Assembly (NCBI GenBank): GCA_965247635.1
Contig: CBDFHJ010000007.1
Coordinates: 132,630 to 196,629 of the forward strand
Origin: Dehalococcoidia bacterium
GTDB lineage: Bacteria; Chloroflexota; Dehalococcoidia; Lucifugimonadales; Australimonadaceae
DNA: 64,000 nt
Reading direction: 5' to 3'
The notes under the pieces were generated by a model. That model was not told the DNA's origin. It was given only the letters and a program-made list of their open reading frames with translations, and did no database searches. Within the stretch, counting starts at the first letter, position 1, and the number at the start of each line of letters is the position of its first letter. Positions 16,496 through 25,751 of this stretch are shown here, one piece after another. The position numbers and the translations under genes are program-made.

Positions 16496-18544
16496 CTTGT
16501 CCACGTACATGGTGTGCAGCAGCGGCTCGTCGTAGCCGGTCTGGAACTTGTCCGCGCAGACCAGGAAGCGGTACGGCTCTTCTTGTATCTTGTCGGCTAT
16601 CAGGTTCGATGAGAAGCCGTTGAGGGACGCCTCGGTTACCTTCGTCCCTGCGTATTCGTGCTCACCGGAAAAGGCGACGATTGCCTGGTATGGACTCTTG
16701 CGCTCTGCCAAGTAGTCTTGGATAGCGTGGTAGTAGCGGATGGCGCGCTCGATACTCCCTGTCACCACCATGGCCCTGGCCTGCCCGCCGACCTTCTGAA
16801 GGCCGATGACCTGCTCGTGGAAGTGGTCCACCATGATCTCGGACTTGAGGCGGATGGCATGATCGTTGTTCTCAACATAGCGCCTCAGCTTCTTCGCCGC
16901 ACGCTTCATATCGAACTCCGGGTCCGCCTCCACCGTCTTGACCAGCCGGTAGTAGCTTTCCACCGGTGTGTAGTGCTTCAGCACGTCTACTATGAACCCT
17001 TCCTCGGTTGCCTGCTTCATGGTGTAGGAGTGGTACGGGACGTGCCTGACCTTGTCTCCCTCCGGGATAGGCCGGCCGAAGATCTCCAGCGTCCGATTCT
17101 TTGGCGTGGCCGTGAATGCGAAGTAGCTGGCGTTGGGCAGCAGCTTCTTGCTCTCGATGATTCTGTTGATCTTGTCCTCGGCGGTCTCTTCTTCCTCTTC
17201 TGCACCGGCCTGTCCCAGGGCCATGGACACCGATGCGGAGGTGCGGCCTCCTTGGCTGGAGTGGGCCTCGTCGATGATGATTCCGAAGCTGTGATTACGG
17301 TGTTCGTCCCCGATGGCGTCCAGAATGAAGGGAAACTTCTGCACGGTGGTGATGACAACCTTCTTCCCATCCTGAAGGAAGGTGCGCAAGTCCTTGGAGT
17401 TCTGGGCATGGCCCACCACGGAGCCTACCTGGGCAAACTGCCGAATAGTATCCCTGATCTGCCTATCGAGAATCCTCCGGTCCGTGACTACTATGATCGA
17501 ATCGAAGAGGGGCTTGCCGCTAACCTCGAACCTAATTAGCTGGTGGGCAAGCCAAGCGATGGAGTTGGACTTGCCGCTTCCCGGAGAGTGTTGGACGAGG
17601 TACCGCTTGCCAACTCCTTCGGCCGGCACATCCGTTAGGAGCCGCCGCACTACTTCCAACTGGTGGTAGCGTGGCCAAATTTGCACCCGCTTCTTACGCC
17701 CGGTTTTGTCATCCTTGGTTTCGACAACTTGGGCGTAGTTCTCAATGATGTCGGTGAGGCCTTCTCGGGTAAGGACCTGCTTCCACAGGTAATCGGTCTT
17801 GATTCCGTTGGGATTGGGAGGATTGCCCGCGCCGTCGTTCCACCCCTTGTTGAAAGGCAGGAACCAGGAACTCTTTCCCTGTAGGTGAGTACAGAACTGC
17901 ACCTCGTGATCGTCGACGGCAAAGTGGACAAGGCAGCGCCCCAGCTCGAAGAGCTTTTCGCGAGGGTTGCGGTCTTCCCTGTACTGCTTAACGGCGTCCG
18001 CTACCGTCTGCTTGGTCAGACTGTTCTTCAGCTCGAAGGTGGCCACAGGCAGCCCGTTGATGAAGAGGCACAGGTCCAAGGCAAGCTGGGTGTTGTCCTG
18101 GCTGTAGTGGAGCTGCCTAGTCACGCTGAATCGGTTCTGCCCGTACTGGACCCCGGCCTTCTCGTTCCCCGGCGACGGTGTGCCGTACATCAGGTCAATC
18201 TGGTGCGGACCGTGCTTGACGCCCTTACGTAGCACGTCAATGGTCCCTCGCTTTGCGACCTCCCCTTGCAGCCGGGCCAGGAACTTGCGCCGCGTTGGGC
18301 TGCCCTGGCCCAGGTCCAGTGGCTCGGCGGCAACGGGCTGGGTGTCGTGGAGGAAGGCGGAGAGTTGGGCCAGGTCTATGCAGTACTCCCGGTCGTAATC
18401 TTGTGGGTCTCCGCCGATCCAGCCTACGCCGTAATTGGCCGGACGTTCTGCCACAGCGCCTCCCTGGGCAGGCTCACACGCATGGCCGGCCATGGCGATA
18501 CAAATGAGCCGCTCAAGTCCCTTCTCAGTGGTATCTGTGGTCAC
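16496..18544 (-). pseudogene. hsdR: Type I restriction enzyme R subunit, 3'-truncated by IS copy 2
   Basis: 683 native codons with a GTG start. It has a PD-(D/E)xK context (LDLCLFINGLPVATFELKN), Walker A (SPGSGKSNS), DEAH (IIIDEAHSS) and QTGYDEPLLHTMYVDK. The reading frame then runs into the IS inverted repeat and stops after 10 codons. Motif VI and the C-terminal domain are absent. Confidence 0.85.
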
Positions 18545-18545
18545 G

Positions 18546-18881
18546 CTATCCCTCTTCCATCTCTTGGATCGGGACTTCTCTCAGTTCACCGGGGCGTATT
18601 TCGTTAATGACAGTGCGAATCTCCTCTATACGCGGCTGGACATAGGGCCATGCCGTGGACAGTAGGACGACAATCGCCAGTCGCCTATCTGTGAGGTTCT
18701 GTTGGTATCGCATATTCTGGTCAGTGGTGATGAGGATTTCGTATCCCTCCTGCTCGGCCTCCTCGACTAGGTCCCCATTACCGAGTCCTGACCATCCTCG
18801 CTCCGCTGCCGTATCCACCGAGTGTCCGTGCAGATGTTCTCGAAGCGGCCGAGGCGTTCCCTGGTCCAATAGAATCCTCAC
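18546..18881 (-). CDS. DUF5615-like (PIN/Mut7-C-like) putative toxin
   Basis: The GTG start at 18881 overlaps the DUF433 stop (GTGA). The sequence VRILLDQGTP...GDLVEEAEQEGYEILITTDQNM matches the DUF5615 pattern. The stop lies 1 nt before the hsdR start. Confidence 0.6.
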   Translation of the reverse strand: MRILLDQGTPRPLREHLHGHSVDTAAERGWSGLGNGDLVEEAEQEGYEILITTDQNMRYQQNLTDRRLAIVVLLSTAWPYVQPRIEEIRTVINEIRPGELREVPIQEMEEG

Positions 18882-19105
18882 GGTTCTACGGAAACCTTGA
18901 CGGACTTCGCCGCGTATTCGAGAACAGCTCTGACCTTCCATTCCTCCACGCCCTCGAACCAATCGAGAAACTGTTCTATGGTAGCGCCGCTCTCAAGGTT
19001 CTCGAAAAGGGCGGATACCGGCACTCTGGTTCCGGTGAACACCCAGGCCCCACTCAGCCTGCCGGGCACGCTCTCGACTGCCGTGCACTTTCCCCAGTCC
19101 GTCAT
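18878..19105 (-). CDS. DUF433-like putative antitoxin
   Basis: The ATG at 19105 overlaps the hsdS stop (ATGA). It has the motif GAWVFTGTRVPVSALFENLESGATIEQFL, which is typical of DUF433. Confidence 0.6.
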   Translation of the reverse strand: MTDWGKCTAVESVPGRLSGAWVFTGTRVPVSALFENLESGATIEQFLDWFEGVEEWKVRAVLEYAAKSVKVSVEP

Positions 19106-20562
19106 ACGGTCACCTCGCTTTCCATTGCCAACTCTTCTGGCCATTCGTCGGGGTGGTGCAGGTCTTCGGCCACACTGTCGGCCAATGGGCCGCCCTCGTC
19201 CATAGGCTCTTCATCGTCGGCTTCGTCCGGCAGCAGCGCCGCCGCCTCGCTCACGTCCAGCTTGCCCGTCACCACGTCGGAGATGAGCCGTGTGCGGTAC
19301 TCCTGAAGCAGTTCGATTTGGCGGCGGGCGCGGGCGATGGCGGCGTAGATGATCGCAGTGGCCTCATCAAGATGCTGGACGATAGCGGCCTGTTCGGAGA
19401 GGGGTGGGATAGGTAGGTGCAAGCTAGTTAGCGTTTCGCGGTTAATCTTTGGCATCGCAACTCTGTCGGATTCAAGGACCGACCAAGCTGTGAAACCTTC
19501 CGAGAGCATCAGCCAGAACAGGTAAACATTTAGGAGTGAATTGCGCGGACGTAGCGGGTACATGTCAGCGCTACATAGGCAGTCGGCCGGGGCCACTAAC
19601 ACTTTTGCCAGTGCCGGGCGAATCTTGCTGTAGATCACATCACCGGCTAGGCAAAAGTACTTACCGCTAATTGCTGCCTGTTCGGAAGCTGTCTCTCTAT
19701 ACAGGAGGCGGCCTGTCTTTGACTCGAGGTGATTTGGAGCGATGAGCAGCATTGATGAATACGGTTCAATTTCTGGATCAACCTGCCCTTCGGCTATGTC
19801 TACTTGGCGGGAAAACCGGGTAGTCTCCCAATGCTCCGGCACGTCGCCGAGCCACTCGACGCCGGAGGGCTTGAGGCGGACGTTGGGGTCAAGGCCGCGT
19901 GTGACGGCCTGGTTGACGATGGCCTGCTTCTCCTCTTCCAGCACCGCGATGAGCTTCCGCTTCGCGCTGACGTACCGCCGGATGCGCCGGTCTACGTGGT
20001 CCAGGTAGCGCACGATTGAGGCCTGTTCGGAGAGATGGGGAAGGGACACCCGAAAATACTTGAGCTGGGCACTGTGGACGTGCATGATGGTGATGCCGCG
20101 CCCCATCAGGGACTTCTGGGTTTGAGCCGAATGACAGTCCAACGAGTAGCCCGCAAACTTCGGCTCCATGGGAACTGTTGGCCGGAAGATGATCAAGTCT
20201 CCACCACAGAAAACTTGGGTGTGCATCAAGTTGACTGCGGATTTGCCAATGTCCTCTATGGTCTCACCTGACGTAGGGAAGAGAACGTCGCCTCTATTGA
20301 TTGGCGTATATGCACTAGCCCTCGCTAGCGAAACATAACTCCGTGTCCGCCTAATGAAGTGGGTGTGAGTCGTGTAAAGGTCCCCATACCGAACACAGGG
20401 TATCCCATCGGGGACCTCGTCATCCTTCGTTCCTCCAGAGCCTTTGGAGAAGACGCCAATCCTTCCAAGTTGGACAACTTCCCAGTGCGCCGGCACGTCG
20501 CCGAGCCAGGGGACAGCAGAGGGCTTGTAGGCGGAGTAGCGGTAGATAGCGTTCGCGTACAC
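19102..20562 (-). CDS. hsdS: Type I R-M specificity subunit
   Basis: 486 aa with two target-recognition halves, each followed by a conserved helix (LSEQASIVRYLD...; LSEQAAIVQHLD...). GC is lower in the TRDs. The start is GTG. Confidence 0.85.
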   Translation of the reverse strand: MYANAIYRYSAYKPSAVPWLGDVPAHWEVVQLGRIGVFSKGSGGTKDDEVPDGIPCVRYGDLYTTHTHFIRRTRSYVSLARASAYTPINRGDVLFPTSGETIEDIGKSAVNLMHTQVFCGGDLIIFRPTVPMEPKFAGYSLDCHSAQTQKSLMGRGITIMHVHSAQLKYFRVSLPHLSEQASIVRYLDHVDRRIRRYVSAKRKLIAVLEEEKQAIVNQAVTRGLDPNVRLKPSGVEWLGDVPEHWETTRFSRQVDIAEGQVDPEIEPYSSMLLIAPNHLESKTGRLLYRETASEQAAISGKYFCLAGDVIYSKIRPALAKVLVAPADCLCSADMYPLRPRNSLLNVYLFWLMLSEGFTAWSVLESDRVAMPKINRETLTSLHLPIPPLSEQAAIVQHLDEATAIIYAAIARARRQIELLQEYRTRLISDVVTGKLDVSEAAALLPDEADDEEPMDEGGPLADSVAEDLHHPDEWPEELAMESEVTV

Positions 20563-20563
20563 G

Positions 20564-21259
20564 TTAGTTTGCCCCCGAGGTTAGATCAAACCCGATAGGG
20601 TTCCTTTGAATCAGGTCAAGTGCATGATCAATCGCGGCAGCCACCACGATGCCAGTGTTATCGTAGTACGTGAAAGGTGTCTCGCTTTCGCCAACGTAGA
20701 TTGGTTTGGGCTCATCGTGATAGCCAGAAACGATACCTATAGCAGTAAGTTCATTGCTCCGGTCGTTCACTATCTGGCAAACTACGGGTCCGCCGGAAAA
20801 CCCAGGGTTATTGTGGCCGTCCAGTAATAGTGTTTTCACTTCACCTACTTGAAATGCGGAAAGTATCCCCTTCTTTACCAATGGTATGGGAAAGTTCCTG
20901 TTTAAGTTCCCTCCGTCATTGGTAAGGTCGTAAGGAAATCCCAAGAAGTAAACGTCCTGACTGAGCACTATACCAGCGGTTCCTGTGGGCAATGGGTGCG
21001 TGGGTGAAATTTGCACAGGAGGAGCTAACACTGTCACGTCGATGTCTCCTTGTCCATGCCCCACCAACTCAACGGCAAGGCTCTTCCAAGTGTTTTCATG
21101 CTGTATTTGCAGCAAATTGGGCCCGGCAATGGAGGACACAAAATGGCGGGCGGTAATTATGTATTGTCTGCAATCGACGTCTACCGTAAAGCAAGTGCCC
21201 GTGGACCCACCGTACTGGATGCGAAAGGTACGTTGCAGTATGTTCGTAGTCATTAGCAT
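20564..21259 (-). CDS. cytoplasmic trypsin-fold (S1/Trypsin_2-like) serine protease embedded in the hsd operon
   Basis: 231 aa with no signal peptide. The triad contexts are YIITARHF, GDIDVTVL and NNPGFSGGPVV. It lies 10 nt after the hsdM stop and 1 nt before the hsdS start. GC is visibly lower than in hsdM. Confidence 0.7.
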   Translation of the reverse strand: MLMTTNILQRTFRIQYGGSTGTCFTVDVDCRQYIITARHFVSSIAGPNLLQIQHENTWKSLAVELVGHGQGDIDVTVLAPPVQISPTHPLPTGTAGIVLSQDVYFLGFPYDLTNDGGNLNRNFPIPLVKKGILSAFQVGEVKTLLLDGHNNPGFSGGPVVCQIVNDRSNELTAIGIVSGYHDEPKPIYVGESETPFTYYDNTGIVVAAAIDHALDLIQRNPIGFDLTSGAN

Positions 21260-21269
21260 GTTGCTTTAC

Positions 21270-23387
21270 CTAGCCTTTGACAATCTCCGCCAGCAACCCC
21301 TCCGTCTCCCGCTCCAATGCCAGGATGTCGGCCCGTATCTCCTCCAATGGACGCAGGGGCTGCGGCTTGTAGAAGTGGCGGGTGAAGCTGATTTCGTAGC
21401 CAACCTTGACGCTGCTCGCCACATACCAGGCGTCGGTTGCGTAGGGCAGCACCTCGCGACGGATGAAGGCTTCGACGCCTCCCTCCTCCAGCAACGGCAC
21501 CTGCTCCGTGTCCCGGAGTTCCGGGTCGGGCTCGTACTCCACCACTGTGCTCTGACCGTCCAGGGCCGCTTCGATCAGTCCGCGGATCGGATCAGGTTCT
21601 ACCGCGCCTGGCTTGTTGGTCTTCTTGATGACTGGCGCGGCGGCCTCTTGGCGGGATGCCAACGCCGTCTGTAATAGGTTCTTCCGCTTGGCCGTCAACT
21701 TGACGCCATGCGCGGAGGCATCTGCCACAACGGCCTCCATGAATCGGTTGAAATCGGGGTGAGGTCCGGCGCCCAGTACTGCCGCCACCCGATCAATGAC
21801 GTAGGAGAGTGGCTCTTCCTTTGCGTCACCACAGACGGCCCGGAAGCGCTGGCGATGGTCCGGTGATAGATCGATGGTGAGCCGCAGCGGGCGCTCCACG
21901 GTGACCTTCAAGTAGCCGAAGGCCTCATTAAGGAAGATCTTGGACTGCTCCGTTTCCTCGAAAGCGAGGAACGCATCGCAGATGCGGCCGATGTCCTCGT
22001 CGGATACCTCGCAGTTCTTACTGCCAAGGTTCTTGCGAAGGGGCCTGTACCCCTGTGTGGCATCAATGAGCTGCAACTTGCCATGGCGATGCTCAGGCTT
22101 TCGGTTGCTGAGCACCCAGATGTAGGTGGCAATGCCGGTGTTGTAGAACATGTTCAGCGGGAGGGCGACGATGGCTTCCAGCCAGTCGTTCTCGATGATC
22201 CAACGACGGATGTTGCTCTCGCCCTGGCCGGCGTCGCCGGTGAAGAGGGAGCTGCCGTTGTGCACCTCCGCGATGCGGCTGCCCATCGGTGTGTCCCGCT
22301 TCATCTTGCTCAGCATGTTGGCCAGGAACATCATCTGGCCGTCGCTGGAGCGGGTGATGAGGGAGTAGTCCGGGTCGCCGCCGTGCTCCACGACGAAGCG
22401 CGGGTCCGTGATGTCGGACTTTCCGCCCATGCGTTCCAGGTCGCTCTTCCAGCTCTTGCCGTAAGGCGGATTGGAGAGCATGAAGTCGAACTCACGGGCT
22501 GGGAAGGCGTCGGCAGAGAGGGTGGAGCCGTATTGCATGTTGTCTGCCTCGCCGCCTTCTCCCTTCAAGATGAGGTCGGCCTTGCTGATGGCGTAGGTCT
22601 CAGGATTCACCTCCTGGCCGTACAGATGGACTGACGCCTCCTTGCCTTGTTCCCTGGACAGCTGCGTCAGCGTCTCTTCCGCTACCGTCAGCATCTCGCC
22701 TGTGCCGCACGCGCCGTCATAGACCAGGTAGGTGCCGGACCTGACCTCTTCGGCAACCGGCAGGAAGATGAGCCGTGCCATGAGTTGCACCACGTCCCTT
22801 GGAGTAAAGTGCTCCCCGGCTTCCTCGTTGTTCTCCTCGTTGAAGCGGCGTATGAGCTCTTCGAAGACCGTACCCATGCCGTGGTTGTCTAGGCCCTCCA
22901 GTCTGACGGAGCCGTCCCCGTTCAGCACGGGTACAGGGCTCAGGTTGATCGACTTGTCGAGGAACTTCTCCAGCAGGAACCCCAGCGCATGCGTCTCGAC
23001 CAGCCTGGGAATCTGGTTGCGGAACTCGAACTTCTCCAGGACCTCCTGGATGTTGGGCGAAAAGCCGTCGAGGTACGCCTCGAAGTCAGATCGCAACTGC
23101 TGTTGCCGCCCGCGTGAAGCAAGGTCGCGGAGCCGGAAGTCAGATGTGTTGTAGAAGGCCTGGTCGGAGGCCTGGCGCAGGGCGGCATCCTGATTCGTAA
23201 TGCCTGCGTCGTCTAGCTGGTCCTTCATGCGGAGAACAGCGTCCTTGGTCGGTTCCAGAACTGCGTCCAGGCGACGTATGACGGTCATGGGCAGGATGAC
23301 GTCGCGGTACTTGCCCCGGACGTAGACGTCCCGCAGCACGTCGTCGGCGATGCCCCATATAAAGCTGCTGATGTTCAGGTCGCTCAT
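21270..23387 (-). CDS. hsdM: Type I R-M N6-adenine DNA methyltransferase subunit (long form)
   Basis: 705 aa with an HsdM N-terminal domain, a SAM motif (YDGACGTGEML) and the catalytic MLSNPPYG. The conserved C-terminal tail is GYEISFTRHFY. Confidence 0.9.
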   Translation of the reverse strand: MSDLNISSFIWGIADDVLRDVYVRGKYRDVILPMTVIRRLDAVLEPTKDAVLRMKDQLDDAGITNQDAALRQASDQAFYNTSDFRLRDLASRGRQQQLRSDFEAYLDGFSPNIQEVLEKFEFRNQIPRLVETHALGFLLEKFLDKSINLSPVPVLNGDGSVRLEGLDNHGMGTVFEELIRRFNEENNEEAGEHFTPRDVVQLMARLIFLPVAEEVRSGTYLVYDGACGTGEMLTVAEETLTQLSREQGKEASVHLYGQEVNPETYAISKADLILKGEGGEADNMQYGSTLSADAFPAREFDFMLSNPPYGKSWKSDLERMGGKSDITDPRFVVEHGGDPDYSLITRSSDGQMMFLANMLSKMKRDTPMGSRIAEVHNGSSLFTGDAGQGESNIRRWIIENDWLEAIVALPLNMFYNTGIATYIWVLSNRKPEHRHGKLQLIDATQGYRPLRKNLGSKNCEVSDEDIGRICDAFLAFEETEQSKIFLNEAFGYLKVTVERPLRLTIDLSPDHRQRFRAVCGDAKEEPLSYVIDRVAAVLGAGPHPDFNRFMEAVVADASAHGVKLTAKRKNLLQTALASRQEAAAPVIKKTNKPGAVEPDPIRGLIEAALDGQSTVVEYEPDPELRDTEQVPLLEEGGVEAFIRREVLPYATDAWYVASSVKVGYEISFTRHFYKPQPLRPLEEIRADILALERETEGLLAEIVKG

Positions 23388-23737
23388 TGGTTCGCCATGC
23401 TCCGATAGGCTGCCTTGACTATCTGGTCAAGGGCAACGGCGGCTTCCTCGTTGAGGCGGGGGTCGGAGTGGAGACAGGACGAGATCACCGCGAGGGGCTC
23501 CGGCTCATTCTTGGCGGCGGCGCTCCTGACGAATCGGTCTACGTCCAGTCCCGACCACGCCGCCAAGGCTGCGAGACCGTTGACGTCAGGGTGTTTGCCT
23601 TGGGACATACGGCTCAAAGTGGAGGCGCTGATGCCGCACTCCTCCGCCACTTGCTTCCAAGTGCAATGGCGGGCCTGCCTCTCAGCGTCCAAAGCGGCGA
23701 AGAAGGCGCCGCCGTCGAACCTCGCTGTCTTGGCCAT
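23384..23737 (-). CDS. XRE-family HTH protein (possible controller of the R-M operon)
   Basis: 117 aa with the HTH TWKQVAEECGISASTLSRMSQG. It has an ATGA overlap with the hsdM start. Confidence 0.7.
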   Translation of the reverse strand: MAKTARFDGGAFFAALDAERQARHCTWKQVAEECGISASTLSRMSQGKHPDVNGLAALAAWSGLDVDRFVRSAAAKNEPEPLAVISSCLHSDPRLNEEAAVALDQIVKAAYRSMANQ

Positions 23738-23803
23738 TAGCCGCTCCTTCGTGGTTCACATCCGAGATAGTCATCACCGACAATGGAATGAATCGCCTAT
23801 TCG

Positions 23804-23832
23804 ATTATCGCAACCACATGATATGATTGCAA
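23804..23832 (-). promoter_or_regulatory. predicted promoter of the XRE-hsdM operon
   Basis: On the minus strand this reads TTGCAA-N17-GATAAT, with the direct repeat TTGCAAT/TTGCGAT. GAAGGAG precedes the ATG at 23737. Confidence 0.4.
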
Positions 23833-24155
23833 TAGCCGCCAGGGACTGAGGAGGTCCAACCCTCTACATTTCCGTGGTGAAGGGAGGCAGGAGGATCGAC
23901 AGGTGTCGAGCAGTACAGCTACTACGGCCGTGAGGCGTTGAATCTCAGCCTTCTACCCTGCCATGTAGGTAATCGAGCGATTAGGGTGGGTTCACAGCAC
24001 AAGCCGCATCTCAAAGATGGTTCTGCCTACCGTCAACTTAGGCCCACCAAACTGGACAAAATCAAGAACCTTCACATTGAGATTCAGGCTAGCAGCTTGA
24101 CATGGACCTTGGGCTAGGAATGCCCTGATGATCCCAAGAGAGGAAGCCGCGACGT

Positions 24156-24776
24156 ATGACGGGATGCCCCGCCAACAACTCTCCCGTAGCCCGCGCATTG
24201 GGGGACGACTTTATCAATCTACACACGGCGGTGCGTAAGCACTACTCTGAGCCAACGGTGGTTTTGAGTGGGGTCATGAACAGTATCAATGTTAAGACGG
24301 CAATCAGGCCAGTAGCATTGCTCTCATACATGCTGTTCCGTGCCCCGGTCCCGCACAACGGAGAGAATGTTGAATTCACCGTGCACAGCCGAGTCGATGG
24401 TTCGGGCGTGATGCATTGGTTTAGGACCTTCTTCGGCAACGACGGCTTTCGTAGGGACGTGACGTTCTCTTCTCACATGGTATTTTCAGACGACCATAGA
24501 ATCATCGAAACTACGAGATGGGGTCTGGGGGTAGAGTCGGACTTGCGAGTTGACGACGTAGGAAGCTTGGTCTATGACATCCGGAAGTACGTGTTAAGGG
24601 TACCTTTTCTTGGGCTGATTATTGGGTTCCCCACCTGGGTCTCGCCTTTTGGAGGTGGCTGCACCACCGAAACCGGAGAGAGTGAAGCCAGTTTCAGTGT
24701 CAACTTTGAGATGACCCATCCGGTATTCGGACGAACTATCGGCTACTCGGGTAGGTGTCGGATGTCGTCCTCTTGA
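24156..24776 (+). CDS. DUF4166-like protein
   Basis: 206 aa. The N-terminal LGDDFINLHTAVRKHY matches the DUF4166 signature. It lies in a lower-GC region. Confidence 0.4.
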   Translation: MTGCPANNSPVARALGDDFINLHTAVRKHYSEPTVVLSGVMNSINVKTAIRPVALLSYMLFRAPVPHNGENVEFTVHSRVDGSGVMHWFRTFFGNDGFRRDVTFSSHMVFSDDHRIIETTRWGLGVESDLRVDDVGSLVYDIRKYVLRVPFLGLIIGFPTWVSPFGGGCTTETGESEASFSVNFEMTHPVFGRTIGYSGRCRMSSS

Positions 24777-24947
24777 GCTAGCCAAGACTGGGCAGGCGGC
24801 AAAAGACATGGCCAAGGGCCAGCCACTGCCGCCGGGGTCGCCGTTGCAGCTGCGGGGGTTGCAAAGGGTGGGGGGCATAACTAGAATTGGGCTATCGCTC
24901 GGTCCCTTCGGGCGACATCGCCAGGACGAGGCCAAATAGGAACCCCG

Positions 24948-25337
24948 CTAACGATTCTGAGAAACTAATGGTTCCGGCGCTGGGGCAACTGTAAATTCGA
25001 GAGGGAAGTCGCTCTCGATGACCTGACGCGCCCGGTCGATCTGTTGCGCCGAGTCAAGCCGCTCAGTGGGTTCAATCCCGACTCCTATTCCTGAGAAGTC
25101 AGGAAGAGGTCCTGTCTCAGTGACATTGACGCCTGCCTCAGAGAGATCAAGTCCGACAAGCCGCCTTGCCTCCAACTGAAGCTCTATGAGTGAGTAGGGT
25201 CTTTCAACTACTCGAACTGGGACGCTGGTCCGCAACGTCCGCACAAGCGCGACCATCCTGTGAGGGACTTGTCCCTTCCAGTAGAGGATTACCTCCCCCT
25301 TGTCATTGTCAAGCCGCATCCCTGTGAAGCCTTGCAA
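24948..25337 (-). CDS. hypothetical protein
   Basis: 129-aa ORF in a lower-GC region. No family was recognised, and it may be a fragment. Confidence 0.25.
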   Translation of the reverse strand: MQGFTGMRLDNDKGEVILYWKGQVPHRMVALVRTLRTSVPVRVVERPYSLIELQLEARRLVGLDLSEAGVNVTETGPLPDFSGIGVGIEPTERLDSAQQIDRARQVIESDFPLEFTVAPAPEPLVSQNR

Positions 25338-25751
25338 GCCTTCTCTCTGTCAAAGCTCGTAGATTTGACTCGACGCATCTACTAGAGGCATCTGCCTAAA
25401 CGATCCTGGGGTCTATTGTTGGAGGAGCGGCCTCATGGGATATCTTCGATTTGTGACCAGTTGCCGATTCGTAACCACCGGTGCCTCGGGCGTACAAGAA
25501 CCCCGCAGCGGCAATCAACGGCAGCGCTACTACCAGAATTGCAGAGTATGTGAATCTCCGGCTCATACCAACGCTTCTTCGTCTTCACGAATGCAATTAC
25601 GACAGCAATGTCGTCAAAGCCGACGAACCCTACTAGAATAGAGAGGCATCTAAGTTTCGATTTTACCACGCCGGGGTTTAGCCATCAGAGGTGGTCTCGT
25701 TTGTCTGAACAGCGCTGCCCGGTTTGATAAGTGGAATCACGCTGCCGTGCG

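Noticed and set aside
22083-23358. Plus- and minus-strand ORFs inside hsdM (22083-22634, 22732-23154, 22940-23188, 23140-23358), and 23387-23849 opposite the XRE gene.
   Set aside because: They are antisense or alternative frames of strongly supported genes, and no family features are present.
25433-25669. A 78-aa hydrophobic ORF next to IS element 2, considered as a possible small membrane toxin.
   Set aside because: It has no RBS and is overlapped by an equally long opposite-strand ORF. It lies in a degenerate low-GC junction region, so the evidence is insufficient.
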